From the IMG/VR virus record IMGVR_UViG_3300030099_008323, positions 122,104 to 186,103 of that record: 64,000 nucleotides of DNA. One strand, given 5' to 3'. Shown here piece after piece: positions 57,860 to 64,000 of the stretch. The stretch is from a virus. Position 1 is the first letter of the stretch, and every line of letters begins with the position of its first letter. The notes under the pieces are model-generated. The model saw nothing but the letters and a program-made list of their open reading frames with translations. It was not told the origin of the DNA and did not search any database. The translations under genes were made by a program, and so were the position numbers.

Positions 57860-58112
57860 CTCCCCATCATCATAAAAAACCACATTGTCTTCATCGCTTC
57901 GATTAACATCTTGTTTTTGTTCATTTTTTTTCCAGTGTTGGATGTGAAAATATTCTTTGCTCAACGTCGGCCCTCAATCCAGTTTGTTTTAGATTCGGAG
58001 CGGTCAATAGGTCCACAATCTTTTGGGGTTCTTAGCGCTGCGCGGACCTCCACCAACATTGACTCTAGCTGCTGCTCAAAGCGCTCTAATAGAATCCTGT
58101 ACTCTTTATCAT

Positions 58113-58298
58113 TCATATCGCATACTCCTCGTCAGCCAATGGCGTGACAGTAATAATATTCTCCCAAGTCATTGAGCCCTCAGGCCACAAAACTTGATAA
58201 TCAATCGCAGTGAGTGAGTTTGTGTGTGTCTCGCTTACACGAGTGACGACACCCATCGAGCCAGTGTCATTGCATTTAACTAAATCGCCTGTAATCAT
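58113..58298 (-). CDS. KOW/SH3-like microprotein
   Basis: MITGDLVKC...GVV...YQVLWPEG. Confidence 0.65.
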   Translation of the reverse strand: MITGDLVKCNDTGSMGVVTRVSETHTNSLTAIDYQVLWPEGSMTWENIITVTPLADEEYAI

Positions 58299-58504
58299 CG
58301 GCCCACATCCTTTGCCATGTTAAAACTTGAGATATACATGTAGCCGCCCTTATTATAAGCGGGAGCAGTACACCTAGCCTTACGAAGAATCTCTTTCTCA
58401 GCAGCCTCTTGTCCACAATCGAGACAAGTGCTGTAGCCTAATGCCTTGCGACGGTCTGAGTATTCCTCATCACATTCAATACAGATAGCCATGTTGGCCT
58501 CCAT
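58295..58504 (-). CDS. C4 zinc-finger protein, TraR/DksA-finger-like
   Basis: CIEC-x15-CLDC with RRKALG. Confidence 0.55.
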   Translation of the reverse strand: MEANMAICIECDEEYSDRRKALGYSTCLDCGQEAAEKEILRKARCTAPAYNKGGYMYISSFNMAKDVGR

Positions 58505-58513
58505 GTCTTGGGT

Positions 58514-58549
58514 ACACCTAAATAATAATCACGCAGCATCGGCAGTCAA
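58514..58549 (-). promoter_or_regulatory. Early promoter P11
   Basis: TTGACT-N16-TATTAT-TTAGGTGT. Confidence 0.7.
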
Positions 58550-59011
58550 GAGCATATCCAATAAAGGTTGTCTTTTTACCTCTCCATCACCTACGCGTAT
58601 ACAAAAAACTTTGTCGCCATAGGGCGAATAGATGCTGGTGCCTACCTCAGATAGAGCGCAGATAACGCTGCTAAGCTCTACATCACAAAGAGCCCACTGC
58701 TCTTTACCATCCTCTGAATCATCAATATAAGCTGGGCCATCGTCACCAGTTAGCAGCACCAGCATATCATCAGTCAAGTGCTCAGTGGGAATAGGCTCAT
58801 CACTGAAAATAGTCTCAGTAAAGTAGTTTATGTGTTCACCTTCGGGCCAGACCTCTAAGTTAAACCAGCCATCGCGTGCGCACTTCGCTGGTTTAATAGT
58901 CCAATCATAACCATGGTCTTCCCAGTTGAGATAGTAGTTGCATATGCATTGCAACACTTTTGTGACGATTGGTGTGTCATATTTAGGCTTGAACATCCAT
59001 GAAGAATGCAT
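58529..59011 (-). CDS. Early hypothetical acidic protein
   Basis: 160-aa ORF. Confidence 0.6.
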   Translation of the reverse strand: MHSSWMFKPKYDTPIVTKVLQCICNYYLNWEDHGYDWTIKPAKCARDGWFNLEVWPEGEHINYFTETIFSDEPIPTEHLTDDMLVLLTGDDGPAYIDDSEDGKEQWALCDVELSSVICALSEVGTSIYSPYGDKVFCIRVGDGEVKRQPLLDMLLTADAA

Positions 59012-59014
59012 AAC

Positions 59015-59215
59015 TTACTCCGACTTGCTGATAACCTTGACCCAACCTTGCTCGATTGCGTCTAGTGACATTCTCTGTGACTTGGTAAACGTGTTCCACT
59101 GCACCCAGACATACTGTCCTGCTGGGCCTTCGATAGTATTATAGGAACAGACTTCGCTTGTGACAACACCAAAATCGCCATCGCCCATATCTTTAATCAA
59201 ATCACCGGGTTTCAT
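59015..59215 (-). CDS. KOW/SH3-like microprotein (junction array B)
   Basis: MKPGDLIKD...VWVQW...VKVISKSE. Confidence 0.7.
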   Translation of the reverse strand: MKPGDLIKDMGDGDFGVVTSEVCSYNTIEGPAGQYVWVQWNTFTKSQRMSLDAIEQGWVKVISKSE

Positions 59216-59402
59216 TCTTTATCCTTAAGGCCCATAGCTTTTCAAATACATAATGGCAACATATCAAAACAGCGTGCAGAAAAACAGTGATGCCTGTAGC
59301 TGATTTAACATCGCCGGTAGCTAAAAAAAGCACTAACACGGTTACTAAAATAGATACGCACCTCCAGGCAATCACCTTCTTTAAGATGTCACTAGGCTTC
59401 AC
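59202..59402 (-). CDS. DUF2061-like membrane protein, copy 1
   Basis: KKVIAWRCVSI...TGD...HYVFEKLW; GTG start inside the junction. Confidence 0.65.
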   Translation of the reverse strand: MKPSDILKKVIAWRCVSILVTVLVLFLATGDVKSATGITVFLHAVLICCHYVFEKLWALRIKNETR

Positions 59403-59577
59403 TGATAACCTCCAACTCTGGACCATCATACCAAAACAAATCTACCCCTCGTGACCAAGAGACCTGGTAGTAGGGCGCAGCATATTCATCAGACTTTATA
59501 GCTTTGATTATAACGCCAGTGCCCAGCGAGTCTCTCACCAAATAGTTGGTGCGTCTTACTAAATCACCTACTTTCAT
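59392..59577 (-). CDS. KOW/SH3-like microprotein (junction array B)
   Basis: MKVGDLVRR...YQVSW...LEVISEA. Confidence 0.7.
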   Translation of the reverse strand: MKVGDLVRRTNYLVRDSLGTGVIIKAIKSDEYAAPYYQVSWSRGVDLFWYDGPELEVISEA

Positions 59578-59848
59578 TTTCAAGCTCGTGTGAGGGACAA
59601 ACCAACCATACTTTGTTTTTAGGGCTCCAACCCTCTTTAAAAAACCTGCCCATTGCTAAAGCTTCTATAACTGGCTTCGTAGGGTTGCTGTCTGTTACAA
59701 TAAAACTATAGGAACTAATATATTTTGGTAAAGGTTTTTTTCTTTTTGCTATCGATAAAAGATTCTCTTTGGTTTTTACCTTTGATTTCAAAGCTATCAG
59801 CGCAGTGTATTTTTTTCTTGGATTGCACTCCCAGTCTTCAACTTTCAC
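59564..59848 (-). CDS. Hypothetical protein inserted in junction array B
   Basis: Starts VKVEDW in one junction and ends ELENESR in the next. Confidence 0.6.
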   Translation of the reverse strand: MKVEDWECNPRKKYTALIALKSKVKTKENLLSIAKRKKPLPKYISSYSFIVTDSNPTKPVIEALAMGRFFKEGWSPKNKVWLVCPSHELENESR

Positions 59849-60005
59849 TGATAACCTCTAGCTGCGATTCGGGCCAATGTATTAACTCTTCTGAGCAAGA
59901 TATCGTGTGCCAGCCAGGACTAAACTCGGAGCACGCGATGATCACTCCGACGACACGATCTCCGTGGAATGAACCGATTAGTTCAACTAAATCACCGACT
60001 TTCAC
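59838..60005 (-). CDS. 55-aa KOW/SH3-like microprotein (not in ORF track)
   Basis: VKVGDLVELIGSFHGDRVVGVII...LEVISES. Confidence 0.7.
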   Translation of the reverse strand: MKVGDLVELIGSFHGDRVVGVIIACSEFSPGWHTISCSEELIHWPESQLEVISES

Positions 60006-60168
60006 TGATTACCTCTAAATCGTAATACGACATTTCTACTACACCATCGGGCCAGAGCACGCTAGCGTAAGCAGGTTCACCCCCGCCTTGATGTCCGTAA
60101 ACTTTGGCTATAACACCGATGCCCGCAGCGCTCCAACCTAACTGCGTAACCAAATCACCTACCTTCAC
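59992..60168 (-). CDS. 58-aa KOW/SH3-like microprotein (not in ORF track)
   Basis: VKVGDLVTQLGW..GIGVIA...SVLWPDG...LEVISESR. Confidence 0.7.
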   Translation of the reverse strand: MKVGDLVTQLGWSAAGIGVIAKVYGHQGGGEPAYASVLWPDGVVEMSYYDLEVISESR

Positions 60169-60307
60169 TAATCACCTTCAACTCTGAATAGTTTTTTGCA
60201 TCCTCAACCGTGTTATCGTCAAGCCACTCAACTAATGTTATCCACTTGTTGGCCTCAACTATCAAGCCAAGATACTCGTTAAACTCAACTAAATCACCGA
60301 CTTTCAC
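60155..60307 (-). CDS. 50-aa KOW/SH3-like microprotein
   Basis: VKVGDLVEFNEYLGLIV...VEWLDD...LKVISEGR. Confidence 0.7.
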   Translation of the reverse strand: MKVGDLVEFNEYLGLIVEANKWITLVEWLDDNTVEDAKNYSELKVISEGR

Positions 60308-60482
60308 TAAAAATCTCCAACCAACTAGCTCGCATCCAAGCGGGCTCATGCCCGTCAAACCAATATACCCTATAGGGACAACCATTAGGATTTTTTAGTT
60401 GGGGCTCACTTATATATATTATAATCCCCAGGTTTGTAGGGTAAAGGCCGTGAACATTTTTTACCATGTCACCGACTTTCAT
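60294..60482 (-). CDS. KOW/SH3-like microprotein
   Basis: MKVGDMVK...GIII...YRVYWFDG...LEIFSESR. Confidence 0.7.
   Translation of the reverse strand: MKVGDMVKNVHGLYPTNLGIIIYISEPQLKNPNGCPYRVYWFDGHEPAWMRASWLEIFSESR
60418..60445 (-). promoter_or_regulatory. Possible internal early promoter P12
   Basis: TTTACC-N16-TATAAT inside a coding region. Confidence 0.4.
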
Positions 60483-60669
60483 CTTCCATCCTCATAGACC
60501 ACATCTTTTCAAAGCCGTAGTGGCAAGATATCAAAACAGCATGCAAAAAAATAGTGATGTTCGTAGTTGACTCAACATCGCCAGTCGCTATGAAAAGCAC
60601 CAACATGGTCACTAAAATTGAGACACACCTCCAAGCAATCACTTTTTTTAAAGTATCACCGACTTTCAC
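60469..60669 (-). CDS. DUF2061-like membrane protein, copy 2
   Basis: VKVGDTLKKVIAWRCVSI...HYGFEKMW...EDESR. Confidence 0.65.
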   Translation of the reverse strand: MKVGDTLKKVIAWRCVSILVTMLVLFIATGDVESTTNITIFLHAVLISCHYGFEKMWSMRMEDESR

Positions 60670-60847
60670 TGATAACCTCCAGTTCATGTGCAGCGTGAAA
60701 AGAAAAATCTGTATCACTCCAGATAATCTTATGGGAAGTAAAGCCCTCCTCTGGATAGTCAGTCATAGATATAATAACGCCCATCCCGTAGTCAACGCCT
60801 TTTATTTTATATTGCTCTTTTAAAACAACCAAGTCACCGACTCTCAT
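60656..60847 (-). CDS. KOW/SH3-like microprotein
   Basis: MRVGDLVVL...GVII...IIW...LEVISESR. Confidence 0.7.
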   Translation of the reverse strand: MRVGDLVVLKEQYKIKGVDYGMGVIISMTDYPEEGFTSHKIIWSDTDFSFHAAHELEVISESR

Positions 60848-61031
60848 CGTAAACTTCCAAAAGGCATGTTTGGTAGTTACCAACCGGAGTGTATGGATTA
60901 CACCACACAATGAAGGCAACATCGCGCCCCTGTTGTGAATGACGTGGTTCTTCTAGAGTCTCTAGCCTTACTACGACACCCAAAGGTTTGTCATAATGCG
61001 CGCGAAACTTTACCAGATCGCCAACCTTCAT
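60834..61031 (-). CDS. KOW/SH3-like microprotein
   Basis: MKVGDLVKF...LGVV...IVW...LEVYDESR. Confidence 0.7.
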   Translation of the reverse strand: MKVGDLVKFRAHYDKPLGVVVRLETLEEPRHSQQGRDVAFIVWCNPYTPVGNYQTCLLEVYDESR

Positions 61032-61231
61032 CCAGAATGCCCTACTATCTCTAAATCAACCTCTGTCATAAAACCTTCGTCCACTTCAAAAAAAGGAGAA
61101 ATCCACTGTATCCTCCACCTTTTAAACTTTGTCGGGTGTTTTTCCAAAACTATTCCAATAGGGTGGTAGCTCGTGCCAACGGTATCTGGACCCCATGGCG
61201 TCTTGCACCTAACTAAGTCTCCGGGCTTCAT
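61028..61231 (-). CDS. KOW/SH3-like microprotein
   Basis: MKPGDLVRC...IGIV...IQW...LEIV. Confidence 0.7.
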   Translation of the reverse strand: MKPGDLVRCKTPWGPDTVGTSYHPIGIVLEKHPTKFKRWRIQWISPFFEVDEGFMTEVDLEIVGHSG

Positions 61232-61437
61232 AAGCCCCTCACGTCACACTGAACGACCTTATAATCTTTTATAAAATAAACTTTCTGACCCGCTTCAGGC
61301 AGACATGCTGACAAGTCTTTGGACACTCGCGAGTGAAATGTCTTAGACCCCCTCTCATACGAGATTAAAATCTCACTTTCATACACATGTTCAACCATTC
61401 CGAGCATCATCATTGTTGCTAAAATCTTGTTCTTCAT
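61228..61437 (-). CDS. Early hypothetical protein
   Basis: ATGA-coupled on both sides. Confidence 0.55.
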   Translation of the reverse strand: MKNKILATMMMLGMVEHVYESEILISYERGSKTFHSRVSKDLSACLPEAGQKVYFIKDYKVVQCDVRGL

Positions 61438-61706
61438 GCTCTGCTCACAATCTCATATAGAGATTCGTAGTTGTTAAAACTTCGTGCATCCCAGCCATCC
61501 GTGCACAACCCAGCGTCACGCCACTGCACCTCAACGAAAAGATCCATACCGGCTGTCTTATGGTTATCGCCGTATGGTCCAATGGTGCTGGTTGAAACAA
61601 CAATGCCCATGTCGTCATCATCAGTGCAGCGGATTATGTCGCCTACTTTTGGATATTCACTTAAAGGGATTGCATGCGGTGGCCTCTCTTTTTCATACGG
61701 CGGCAT
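61434..61706 (-). CDS. KOW/SH3-like protein with N-terminal extension
   Basis: PKVGDIIRC...MGIV...VQW...YEIVS; start moved to ATG 61706 to avoid the GIY-YIG overlap. Confidence 0.55.
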   Translation of the reverse strand: MPPYEKERPPHAIPLSEYPKVGDIIRCTDDDDMGIVVSTSTIGPYGDNHKTAGMDLFVEVQWRDAGLCTDGWDARSFNNYESLYEIVSRA

Positions 61707-61947
61707 TGATAAACTCCTCTTTTTGTTTTCTGGTAAGTCTTTTAAAGCTATACTCTGCCTGTAAAGCATCTCTACGTGTTCTATAAACTCTTGTGTGTAT
61801 ATAGCTGGATGGCCTTCTTGAGCGAGTGTACTTAGCACCTTTAGCTGTTTGGTTATGCTCATGTAGCCTACGCTCCAAGTCTGTAGTTACACCACAATAG
61901 TAAGTACCATCAGCGCACAGTAAAACATAAAGGTACCAGTTTTTCAA
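61693..61947 (-). CDS. GIY-YIG nuclease (UPF0213/YhbQ-like)
   Basis: YLYVLLCADGTYYCGVTTDLERRL.EHN...GAKYTR.RRP...A...E. Confidence 0.85.
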   Translation of the reverse strand: MKNWYLYVLLCADGTYYCGVTTDLERRLHEHNQTAKGAKYTRSRRPSSYIHTRVYRTRRDALQAEYSFKRLTRKQKEEFINAAV

Positions 61948-62231
61948 TGATTAAACCAAAAATTCATATGCCAAGCGAGAACAGACATATATATCACACA
62001 CACAGGAGCAAGCAATATGCGCTTGTGACGAGCAATAAATTCTAAGCCTATGGCGAAGAGAGTAAACTTTACTACTACAAATACCATAGGCCCTATCTCC
62101 AGGGCCATTGCCATGACTGGGTTTGCTTCTTCTACTCCCCTGCTCACTGCGAACAAGGTCATAACTGCATCGAGAAAGTTCATCAAGTGGCAGAGAAAAA
62201 ACCAAGCTAGCCATGTTTGCTGTCTGTGCAT
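61944..62231 (-). CDS. DUF5658-like membrane protein
   Basis: NFLDA.MT......EEANPVM; three hydrophobic segments. Confidence 0.65.
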   Translation of the reverse strand: MHRQQTWLAWFFLCHLMNFLDAVMTLFAVSRGVEEANPVMAMALEIGPMVFVVVKFTLFAIGLEFIARHKRILLAPVCVIYMSVLAWHMNFWFNH

Positions 62232-62248
62232 TACATAGTAAATATATT

Positions 62249-62482
62249 CTACGTAGATAAAACTCTTTTTCTTCTATACTTTTTGCTGCCCAGGTGGAGT
62301 GCGCACGTACCATCATCAATGGCCTTGTAGACAAAATCTACATCTACGTCGTGAAACTCACCAGGGGTGCTAAGGTTGCTGTGGCATATATAATAATGGA
62401 TTTTTCTTTTTGTTACCTTTGTGACAAATCCATATCTACCTTGAGTCTCCAGCAAATCGCCTACTTTAATCTTAAAGTTCAT
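62249..62482 (-). CDS. KOW/SH3-like microprotein
   Basis: KIKVGDLLE...GFVTKV. Confidence 0.6.
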   Translation of the reverse strand: MNFKIKVGDLLETQGRYGFVTKVTKRKIHYYICHSNLSTPGEFHDVDVDFVYKAIDDGTCALHLGSKKYRRKRVLST

Positions 62483-62690
62483 GCTTCATCTGATCCATGA
62501 CTGCATCAATGCCGTATTGAATCAAAGTTTTAGCTAAAAACTTTGGAGGACAGTTGTGTTTTTTTGCATACGCTTGCACTGCCTCCCACTCATCGCGGTC
62601 GACAAAGACGCCCTTAATCTCTTTTTTAGAGCGTGGCCTACCTTTTGCTAAATACTCATTGATGCTCTTTTTATTGTGATCGTTAAACAT
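62472..62690 (-). CDS. Small DNA-binding protein candidate (AT-hook-like KGRPR + ribbon-helix-helix-like)
   Basis: KGRPRSKKEIKGVFVDRDEWEAVQAYAKK..., downstream of P13. Confidence 0.45.
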   Translation of the reverse strand: MFNDHNKKSINEYLAKGRPRSKKEIKGVFVDRDEWEAVQAYAKKHNCPPKFLAKTLIQYGIDAVMDQMKHEL

Positions 62691-62730
62691 TGTTTCCTCT
62701 CAGATATTTATTAGCCGCTTTGGCCTGTCT

Positions 62731-62766
62731 ACATCTTTATTATAGGCACGGCACACAACGAGTAAA
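62731..62766 (-). promoter_or_regulatory. Early promoter P13
   Basis: TTTACT-N16(...GTGCC)-TATAAT-AAAGATGT. Confidence 0.75.
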
Positions 62767-62769
62767 AAA

Positions 62770-63132
62770 TTAATCCATCATTTTGTTGATGGCTTCGAGT
62801 GTTTTCTCTAGTAGTTTAAGTGCCATGATTTCTTTGATGCCCTCTACCATATCCGTAGCAGCATCATTATGCATTGAAATAAAGTCTTGGCTGCTCATGT
62901 TCTGTGACATGTGCCCCTGGCAGCCATAGCCAGTCTCTTCGCTGGCTCCTTGTGTTGGATTATTCTGGTTGCTTTTTCTCTGCTCATTCTTTTGAGCCTC
63001 TTGGTTTTCTATCTGGTGTGATTGTCCGGCAGGTGTTGGCCTGTAGACAGCACCAGTGTTTACTGGACCGACTTTCACTTTTTCACCCCTCCCCTTGTTT
63101 CGTCTGTGTTGACCTGTTAATGGTAAGTACAT
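62770..63132 (-). CDS. Hypothetical low-complexity protein
   Basis: 120-aa ORF; contains a degenerate GTGAAAGTCGGT at codon 19. Confidence 0.5.
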   Translation of the reverse strand: MYLPLTGQHRRNKGRGEKVKVGPVNTGAVYRPTPAGQSHQIENQEAQKNEQRKSNQNNPTQGASEETGYGCQGHMSQNMSSQDFISMHNDAATDMVEGIKEIMALKLLEKTLEAINKMMD

Positions 63133-63256
63133 ATTATAATTAGTGAAAAAATAAAAAAATCGTTATTTGTCTAGTAGCAAGCCTTCCAAAGTAAAACAAT
63201 AGAAACCAAAAGCAACACGTCAATCGTAAAAAACATTAATGCTGGCTTGAAATCTT

Positions 63257-63463
63257 TCATTTGCTCTCGCTAACTACCTCTAAATCCTGACTCATAAAAC
63301 TTCTAACCTTGTTTCCCCGTGCCGTTGGAAACATAACGCTGAACACATCGCACTTCTTTTGTAGTATGACGCCGATTGTTTCAAAAGGTATGCCAATGAC
63401 GTCACTTATGCCATTGGTAAAGTGAGAGTGAATGTTTAATTTTACTAAATCGCCGACTTTCAT
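63257..63463 (-). CDS. KOW/SH3-like microprotein
   Basis: MKVGDLVKL...IGVI...VMF...LEVVSESK. Confidence 0.7.
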   Translation of the reverse strand: MKVGDLVKLNIHSHFTNGISDVIGIPFETIGVILQKKCDVFSVMFPTARGNKVRSFMSQDLEVVSESK

Positions 63464-63486
63464 CTACCATAATTAGTAGATTGAGG

Positions 63487-63687
63487 TTATTTATGCTTTT
63501 TCAAAGTAGCGATGCACTCCTCTGCTTCAGATAAAACTTTAGTCCAGTGTGTTATTTCATCCAAAAGCTTTGAGTGTTCTCCAATCCCGACTGGGTGGTT
63601 AAAATACGTGTCTAGCACTGCGCGGGCTTCTTCGGCCTTAGACTGAAAATGAGCTAGCGCCGCTTTGTAATACAGATTCTCTTTCAC
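63487..63687 (-). CDS. Conserved small phage protein
   Basis: YF.HPVGIGEHS motif; GGAG RBS. Confidence 0.6.
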   Translation of the reverse strand: MKENLYYKAALAHFQSKAEEARAVLDTYFNHPVGIGEHSKLLDEITHWTKVLSEAEECIATLKKHK

Positions 63688-64000
63688 TTTGCAACTCCTT
63701 GTGCTCTTGTTTCATTCGCAAATATTTCTTGTCTTCTCTGGCCTTCTTCCAAGCCTCTCTAAATATGATCGCAGACACAGCCTTGTCGCAGACTAGTGCG
63801 TCCGGCTCCTGCGGTATTAAAGAGCCATCTGGATTGTACTTTCTACCGTCTCTGTGGTTGGCGTACCTTCTGGCTCTGGTAAAACCCATGTGCAGAAACT
63901 TTTTTGCCATGTCTGCACCTACAAAATCTCCACACCTGAGGTAGTCATGAAACATTTTAAGTATTTGCATGCTAGAATCGGTGGCTTCTTGCGGCGTCTT
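63638..64000 (-). CDS. DUF4385-like protein (partial, continues past the right edge)
   Basis: KTPQEA..SS..I..MF..Y...DFVGADMAKKFLHMGFTRARRYANH. Confidence 0.75.
   Translation of the reverse strand, partial: KTPQEATDSSMQILKMFHDYLRCGDFVGADMAKKFLHMGFTRARRYANHRDGRKYNPDGSLIPQEPDALVCDKAVSAIIFREAWKKAREDKKYLRMKQEHKELQSERESVLQSGASSFSV

Larger units (their letters stand above)
59389..60860 (-). repeat. Junction-repeat array B (about 9 copies: 59389, 59557, 59838, 59985, 60148, 60287, 60462, 60649, 60827)
   Basis: Core (G/A)TGAAAGTCGGTGA, often preceded by GAGGTTATCA, recurring every ~150-280 bp at gene boundaries. Confidence 0.85.

Noticed and set aside
59389-60860. CRISPR array (regular repeats with unique spacers), with the Cas4-like nuclease at 13196-13975 as a cas gene
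   Set aside because: Repeats are degenerate and protein-coding, spacers are 120-250 bp open reading frames, and no cas1/cas2 or effector gene is present; stand-alone PD-(D/E)XK nucleases are common in phages
53807-61231. Classical integron
   Set aside because: No tyrosine integrase in the window and no attC-type inverted-repeat structure in the junctions
61434-61862. 142-aa version overlapping the GIY-YIG gene by 170 bp
   Set aside because: The first 52 codons lie within the nuclease gene; ATG 61706 gives normal coupling
1399-63944. Many ORF-track entries antisense or out of frame to longer genes (e.g. 1562-1759, 23363-23863, 41392-41715, 50320-50679, 54421-54774, 59725-60018)
   Set aside because: Shadow ORFs with no RBS or motifs, lying inside well-supported genes
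1-64000. Alternative genetic code (stop-codon reassignment)
   Set aside because: Recognisable enzymes are full length in code 11, and TAA, TAG and TGA all serve as coupled stops

Overview
The window looks like a 64-kb slice of a large (jumbo-type) tailed dsDNA phage genome. It is gene-dense, almost entirely on the minus strand, and reads in the standard genetic code. No capsid, terminase, polymerase or integrase gene lies inside it, so the phage call rests on PhoH, two tail-fibre-like S74 proteins, a lysis module, a tRNA and the many short coupled ORFs. There are four blocks. (1) 1-13.2 kb is a glycan-building cluster: GT47, GT2, two GT4, LicD, epimerase, two radical-SAM enzymes, a ThDP enzyme and panB. 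(2) 13.2-19.5 kb holds accessory genes: PD-(D/E)XK nuclease, PhoH, serine protease, SpoU methylase, tRNA-Ile(UAU) and a fatty-acid hydroxylase. (3) 19.5-49 kb is an AT-rich late/virion-like region. About 16 otherwise unrelated ORFs there share one of two N-terminal leaders (MKITKSQLKQIIKEEL or MKKLFENFR.FINE). It also has the fibres, an endolysin, and myxobacterial-type envelope genes (a CglF/GltF-like protein and a Cys-repeat/vWA lipoprotein), which point to a Myxococcota/Bdellovibrionota-like host (inference). (4) 49.4-64 kb is a visibly more GC-rich early region with 13 related promoters, a phage sigma-70-family factor and an AAA+/vWA pair. It also carries arrays of ~55-70 aa KVGDLV...LEVISESR microproteins joined by a conserved ~31-bp junction that encodes stop, RBS and start at once. 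All calls come from motif recognition by eye; no database search was run.
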